A stretch of DNA of 64,000 nucleotides from NCBI GenBank assembly GCA_963809695.1, contig CAWEKI010000001.1, positions 21,018 to 85,017 on the forward strand, given 5' to 3'. Numbering within the stretch: the first letter of the stretch is position 1; each line of letters opens with the position of its first letter. The notes beneath the pieces are model-generated. The model worked only from the letters and a program-made list of their open reading frames with translations. It was not told the DNA's origin and made no database searches. Below, piece by piece: positions 60,713 to 64,000 of this stretch. Origin of the DNA: an uncultured Bacteroidota bacterium. GTDB taxonomy: Bacteria; Bacteroidota; Ignavibacteria; UBA10030; UBA6906. Position numbers and translations under genes: made by a program.

Positions 60713-61067
60713 AGGGTTTCGGCGTATGATACGGGCCACATTTCTCACCACGAAGCATCTGGGACGAGCGGTCCGTGTTTCCTTGCCGGACAACATAGTA
60801 ATGGGAACCTGCACAGTCAAGCCATGGCGTGCCTGTCGCTACGACATCCGCGAAGTGTATAAGAGATTTCACGTGATTTGAAAGCGAAGAAATGTAGGAC
60901 GCCTGCATCCTGACGAATGGGTTCCAGATCCGCCGTCCTCAGTAAGCAAAAGGTGACGCATTACTGGGCCACCGTTTTCTTTTGCTCCGGAGCTCCGTGT
61001 CGCAGGGGGTAAGAGGTGAGTTGCCTGTCAACGACTAAACTTCCTATGGAGGTCCTGTAGTGATGGC

Positions 61068-61469
61068 ATGAGTGACCGCACGGGCACATGTCTTGCCATT
61101 GATGCATCAGGAACAGTCTACATGGGAAATTACAATGGCCTTTTTAGAACGCTCGAAACGACCTTCACTGAAATCCCCGTTTCTTCTACTGAGGTGCGGG
61201 CCGCCTCGTTCCAGCATTGCCCCAACTACTCCAATTATCCTTTCAACCTTACGACAATTATTCACTACGACCTGACGTATAGGTCATACGTGACCCTTGC
61301 GGGCTTCAATACGGTCGGGCAGCAGATGGTCACACTGGTCAACGGCGAGGGCGAGGAGGAGTACCATGAGGTCACATTCATTGCAGAAGGCCTAGCATCA
61401 GGGGTCTACTTCTACCGGATTCAGGCCAGTGGCTATACCCAGACGCGTAGGCTCTGCCCAATTCGGTAG
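61068..61469 (+). pseudogene. orphan 3' fragment encoding a T9SS C-terminal sorting domain (CTD)
   Basis: C-terminal ~80 aa match the T9SS CTD pattern (NYPNPFN.TT.I.Y.L......V.L..YN..G..V.TLVN......G.H.V.F.A..LASGVYFYR.QA..F..T.K). Only ~50 aa of cargo precede it, and the upstream frame is open but has no start. Confidence 0.55.
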
Positions 61470-61683
61470 GTTGAAAAAATCATGCGCCCTTATTGCGCCC
61501 TTGGCTGTGCAATACATGTAAGAGATGGAAGAGATGAACGTGGCGATCTGGCGAATACGGCCTAGATTTCGCTGATCGCCACATCCGTCTTTGGTCCCGG
61601 TCTCCGCCCGAGGGCGTAGACCGAGGATCCTCGTCCCGACATCGAAGTTAGCATCGGCCTCAGCCTCGCTAACTTCGGTCGGG

Positions 61684-61709
61684 ACGGGATTCAAGTCCCG
61701 CCTTCCGCA
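61684..61709 (+). other. fossil tRNA-Leu 3' fragment (T-arm + acceptor 3' strand), part of module copy A2
   Basis: cgggattcaagtcccgccttccgca matches the last ~23 nt of tRNA-Leu(27421-27503). Followed at 61734-61764 by a copy of the same terminator hairpin (aacccctt-gtcaatc-aaggggtt-atttgttt). Preceded by an 18-bp bulged hairpin (61635-61683). Confidence 0.55.
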
Positions 61710-62807
61710 CAAAACCTCTTCTCTAACCCCTTGTCAATCAAGGGGTTATTTGTTTGGCCCCCAGAAGTCCGGACTCTCTGTGCGCCCTTGATCCCGCCCT
61801 CCAAATCGTTACATCACGCAACCGCTTCTCCCTCGAGGTGATATTCCTATTGGCTGATCCTTCGTTCGGAATTTGCTGCATGGGCTATAGAAGGGAGACT
61901 CCTGAAGACTGAATCATCATCTGCAAGTGATTCCCATTGTTCCTGAACCATGTCCATCTGATAAACGGAATCCTTCGATGACATCCTCATCTGCCCGTGG
62001 AATCGGTCGCTTGTAGGGCATCGTCGGAAGAAATTCCGACTCCACGTGGCGACAGAAGAGCCGCCCGGCTCACGATGAACTGAGAGCACGAGCGGTCTTT
62101 GTGTTTCGACATCAATCGCTGCGTCCGTATCGGTACCTTGACGTGGGAAAGAGATGCATCAGATACAAGAGATGGAAGCTGCCATTTGGCGAAAGCCGGG
62201 AAATTCCGCTCCATGCGCAAATGATCTTTGGTTCGAGTCCTGCTCGCGGAGCGAGAATCCCCTTGGTAACACAAGGGGATTTTCATTTCTATTTCGGGGT
62301 GTACCCTTATCTGTACCCCTGACGTATCGACCTGTACCCTTCATTCGATTGATACAAACTGAAACGTACCAAATCCATTTAAAAAAGGCCAGATAAGGGT
62401 TCACCGACCGTTTCGCCGTCCCGATCCGAAGGATCGGGACGAGCCTCGTCCCTCCACCGAAGGTGGAGGGACGGGAGTCCGGCCTGCCCGCCGAAACTGA
62501 TTCACAAGTGCAGGCGGGCTCGCGGACCTGCTCGACTCGCCCCACCAAAGCCAATGGTGGGGCGATTTTTTTGGTGGGGCTCACTCGCGGCTCCTTCGGA
62601 ACCCCGCCACAATCCGATGTTGAGTACATCCTTCGCTATCATGTCATTATTACACTGATGGGTAAAAATGCCACCAGGGTATTGTTCACGGGGCATATTT
62701 CAGCCCTGTTGGTCCAAATCCGCATCTGGCATGAATCATGCGCTGTTCACAATGCCGAATAGGACAATAGTGCGGAAGGACATCTGAGAACAAAAGGACT
62801 CCGGGCA

Positions 62808-64000
62808 ATGAACCCCAAGAACTTGAGACACCTTGTCGCGCTATCGTTCCTCTCGCTGGCATTCATGCTGACCTCATATTCATTGTCCCCCGCACAGGCT
62901 CGGTTCCACAGTCAGGCCAGCGGTTCATGGAACACAGCAAGTACCTGGGTGATCGTGACGGGCTCTGATGCCGATGGCATACCGGACGCAGATGATACCG
63001 TTGAAGTCGGTGGAGGAACAACGGTCACTGTCGGATCGTCAGCTGTCGACTGTGCGATTCTCATCGTCTCACCAGCTGCGCAGTTGGACGTAAACGGTGC
63101 GGGCGATATAAGGGTCAACGGGAATCCCGGGTCGGCTTCGATCTCGGGGACGGTTACGCTGAGTGCAGGCGGTACGTTGAAGAAGCAGGGCGCCGGGACA
63201 AAATCAATCTCGGTCAGCAGTACCGGCAAGGTCACTATAAGCGCCGGTGCGGCTGGCCCCTCTTTCGACAACTACAGTCTTGATCCAAGTAGCACATTCG
63301 AGTATACCGCTTCAGCGAACCAAAACGTTCTCTCCGGTTTTCAATATGGAAATCTCACACTTGGAGGAAGCGGCACGAAGACCGTGTCACCTCTGCCCCC
63401 GGATACCGCATTCAGGTGCGCGGGTAAACTCTCCGTTGGCAGCGGAGCGATTTTCGATGTTTCGACAAATGTCCTTTGCATCTATTTCGGAGGAGATGTG
63501 GAGAACAGCGGAACAATTGACGCCTCCGTTGGGATCACGGTGGTTCGGATGAGCGGCGCGCACTGGATCAACAACGGCACATACCTCCCAAGCTCCACGC
63601 CGGGCTTTGGCTATCAACCAAAAACTACCTTCTCCAATTCCGAAATCAGCGGGACCCCCGTCTCCCAGTCATTCTACGACCTTGACTTTGAAGGAACAAC
63701 TACGGCGATGTGCAATCTTGTCGCCGGCCGCCACATCACGATTGCGCCAGGCGCGACGTTCAATGGCGGGACTGGACTCGTTCATCAGTTGGCCGGGAAT
63801 TGGACCAACTCGGGGACATTCAACTGCGGAACCTGCACCATCAGTCTCAAGGGCAGTGCGGCCGAAAGTACCAACGCATCGACATTCTACAATCTCGCCT
63901 TGGACAACCCGGGATCCATTAGCCTCGCCGGGAACATTGCGATTGCGCCTGGTGGAATCCTTACGATCAATAATGGAGCCCTTTCGACCGGTGCTTATTC
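62808..64000 (+). CDS. large secreted repeat protein, beta-helix / adhesin-like (3' end beyond window)
   Basis: Signal peptide MNPKNLRHLVALSFLSLAFMLTSYSLSPAQA. Gly/Thr/Ser/Asn-rich repetitive sequence (SGSWNTASTW...TVGS..V...I.V...A.L) with no stop to the window end. Absent from the ORF track because it has no in-window stop. Confidence 0.55.
   Translation, partial: MNPKNLRHLVALSFLSLAFMLTSYSLSPAQARFHSQASGSWNTASTWVIVTGSDADGIPDADDTVEVGGGTTVTVGSSAVDCAILIVSPAAQLDVNGAGDIRVNGNPGSASISGTVTLSAGGTLKKQGAGTKSISVSSTGKVTISAGAAGPSFDNYSLDPSSTFEYTASANQNVLSGFQYGNLTLGGSGTKTVSPLPPDTAFRCAGKLSVGSGAIFDVSTNVLCIYFGGDVENSGTIDASVGITVVRMSGAHWINNGTYLPSSTPGFGYQPKTTFSNSEISGTPVSQSFYDLDFEGTTTAMCNLVAGRHITIAPGATFNGGTGLVHQLAGNWTNSGTFNCGTCTISLKGSAAESTNASTFYNLALDNPGSISLAGNIAIAPGGILTINNGALSTGAY

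Noticed and set aside
61560-61716. Possible second tRNA-Leu gene upstream of the 3' fragment
   Set aside because: No complementary 5' acceptor strand (gcggaag) within 200 bp. The upstream sequence folds into long hairpins, not a cloverleaf.
27421-61800. Looked for an integrase/recombinase, excisionase or conjugation genes to support an active integrative element
   Set aside because: None found. The block is therefore described as an ancient, degraded accretion/duplication region, not an intact mobile element.
62232-62300. ggttcgagtcc T-loop-like sequence suggesting a tRNA
   Set aside because: No acceptor, D or anticodon arms can be paired. It is interpreted as a degraded tRNA-3' plus terminator scar (reported under the scar finding), not a tRNA gene.
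1-64000. CRISPR arrays, rRNA genes, toxin-antitoxin pairs
   Set aside because: No regularly spaced direct repeats with unique spacers, no rRNA-like conserved stretches, and no small paired ORFs with toxin or antitoxin motifs were seen.

Overview
This is a high-GC bacterial chromosomal segment, forward-strand dominated, with coding density typical of bacteria. Two findings suggest an FCB-group lineage (Ignavibacteria/Chlorobi/Rhodothermus-like, not resolved further): a T9SS C-terminal sorting domain fragment and a Rho without the large Bacteroidetes N-terminal insertion. From 1 to 22.1 kb the window carries core genes: a TPR protein (5' partial), pyrK-pyrD, folC, rho, a thiolase-hbd-acyl-CoA dehydrogenase trio, four tandem small outer-membrane beta-barrel paralogs, CapA, a LemA-TPM pair, a 1991-aa multi-PAS/GAF histidine kinase with an atypical response regulator, and a CN-hydrolase. 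At 22.2-23.1 kb, tRNA-Lys(UUU) is followed by a small RAYT/IS200-like Y1 (HUH) transposase flanked by palindromic REP-like repeats. A sugar-salvage-like module follows (SSF transporter, galactokinase-like GHMP kinase, sugar-phosphate nucleotidyltransferase). tRNA-Leu(GAG) at 27421-27503 opens a ~34 kb accessory, mosaic block (27.5-62.6 kb). This block contains diverged fossil copies of the tRNA-Leu 3' end plus terminator plus flank (61.69 kb, 62.23 kb, partial at 46.3 kb) and other shared noncoding scar repeats. It carries two paralogous sigma54 enhancer-binding proteins, each followed by an ABM-domain gene with a predicted sigma54 promoter. It also carries a glycyl-radical-enzyme (GRE) cluster: a PFL-like GRE with an unusual single-Cys active-site motif, a divergent PFK-like protein lacking the canonical catalytic motifs, a GRE activase and a Cys-rich ferredoxin-domain protein. 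Other contents are a GH63-like hydrolase, a glucose dehydrogenase and an aquaporin; two paralogous CoA-disulfide-reductase/rhodanese genes, the second partly embedded in a ~3.6 kb low-GC patch whose boundaries fall inside genes; a BASS-like transporter with a duplicated fragment; a SulP permease next to a DszB-like (desulfinase-fold) protein; an OMP pseudogene; CorA; TsaA (minus strand); an orphan T9SS-CTD fragment; a MITE-like 141-bp element with an 8-bp target-site duplication; and the 5' part of a large secreted beta-helix-like repeat protein running off the window end. The most notable candidate system is the sigma54-controlled GRE cluster with its non-canonical PFK-like and Fe-S partners, sitting in a tRNA-Leu-proximal region built by serial insertion or duplication. 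No integrase, CRISPR array or rRNA was seen.
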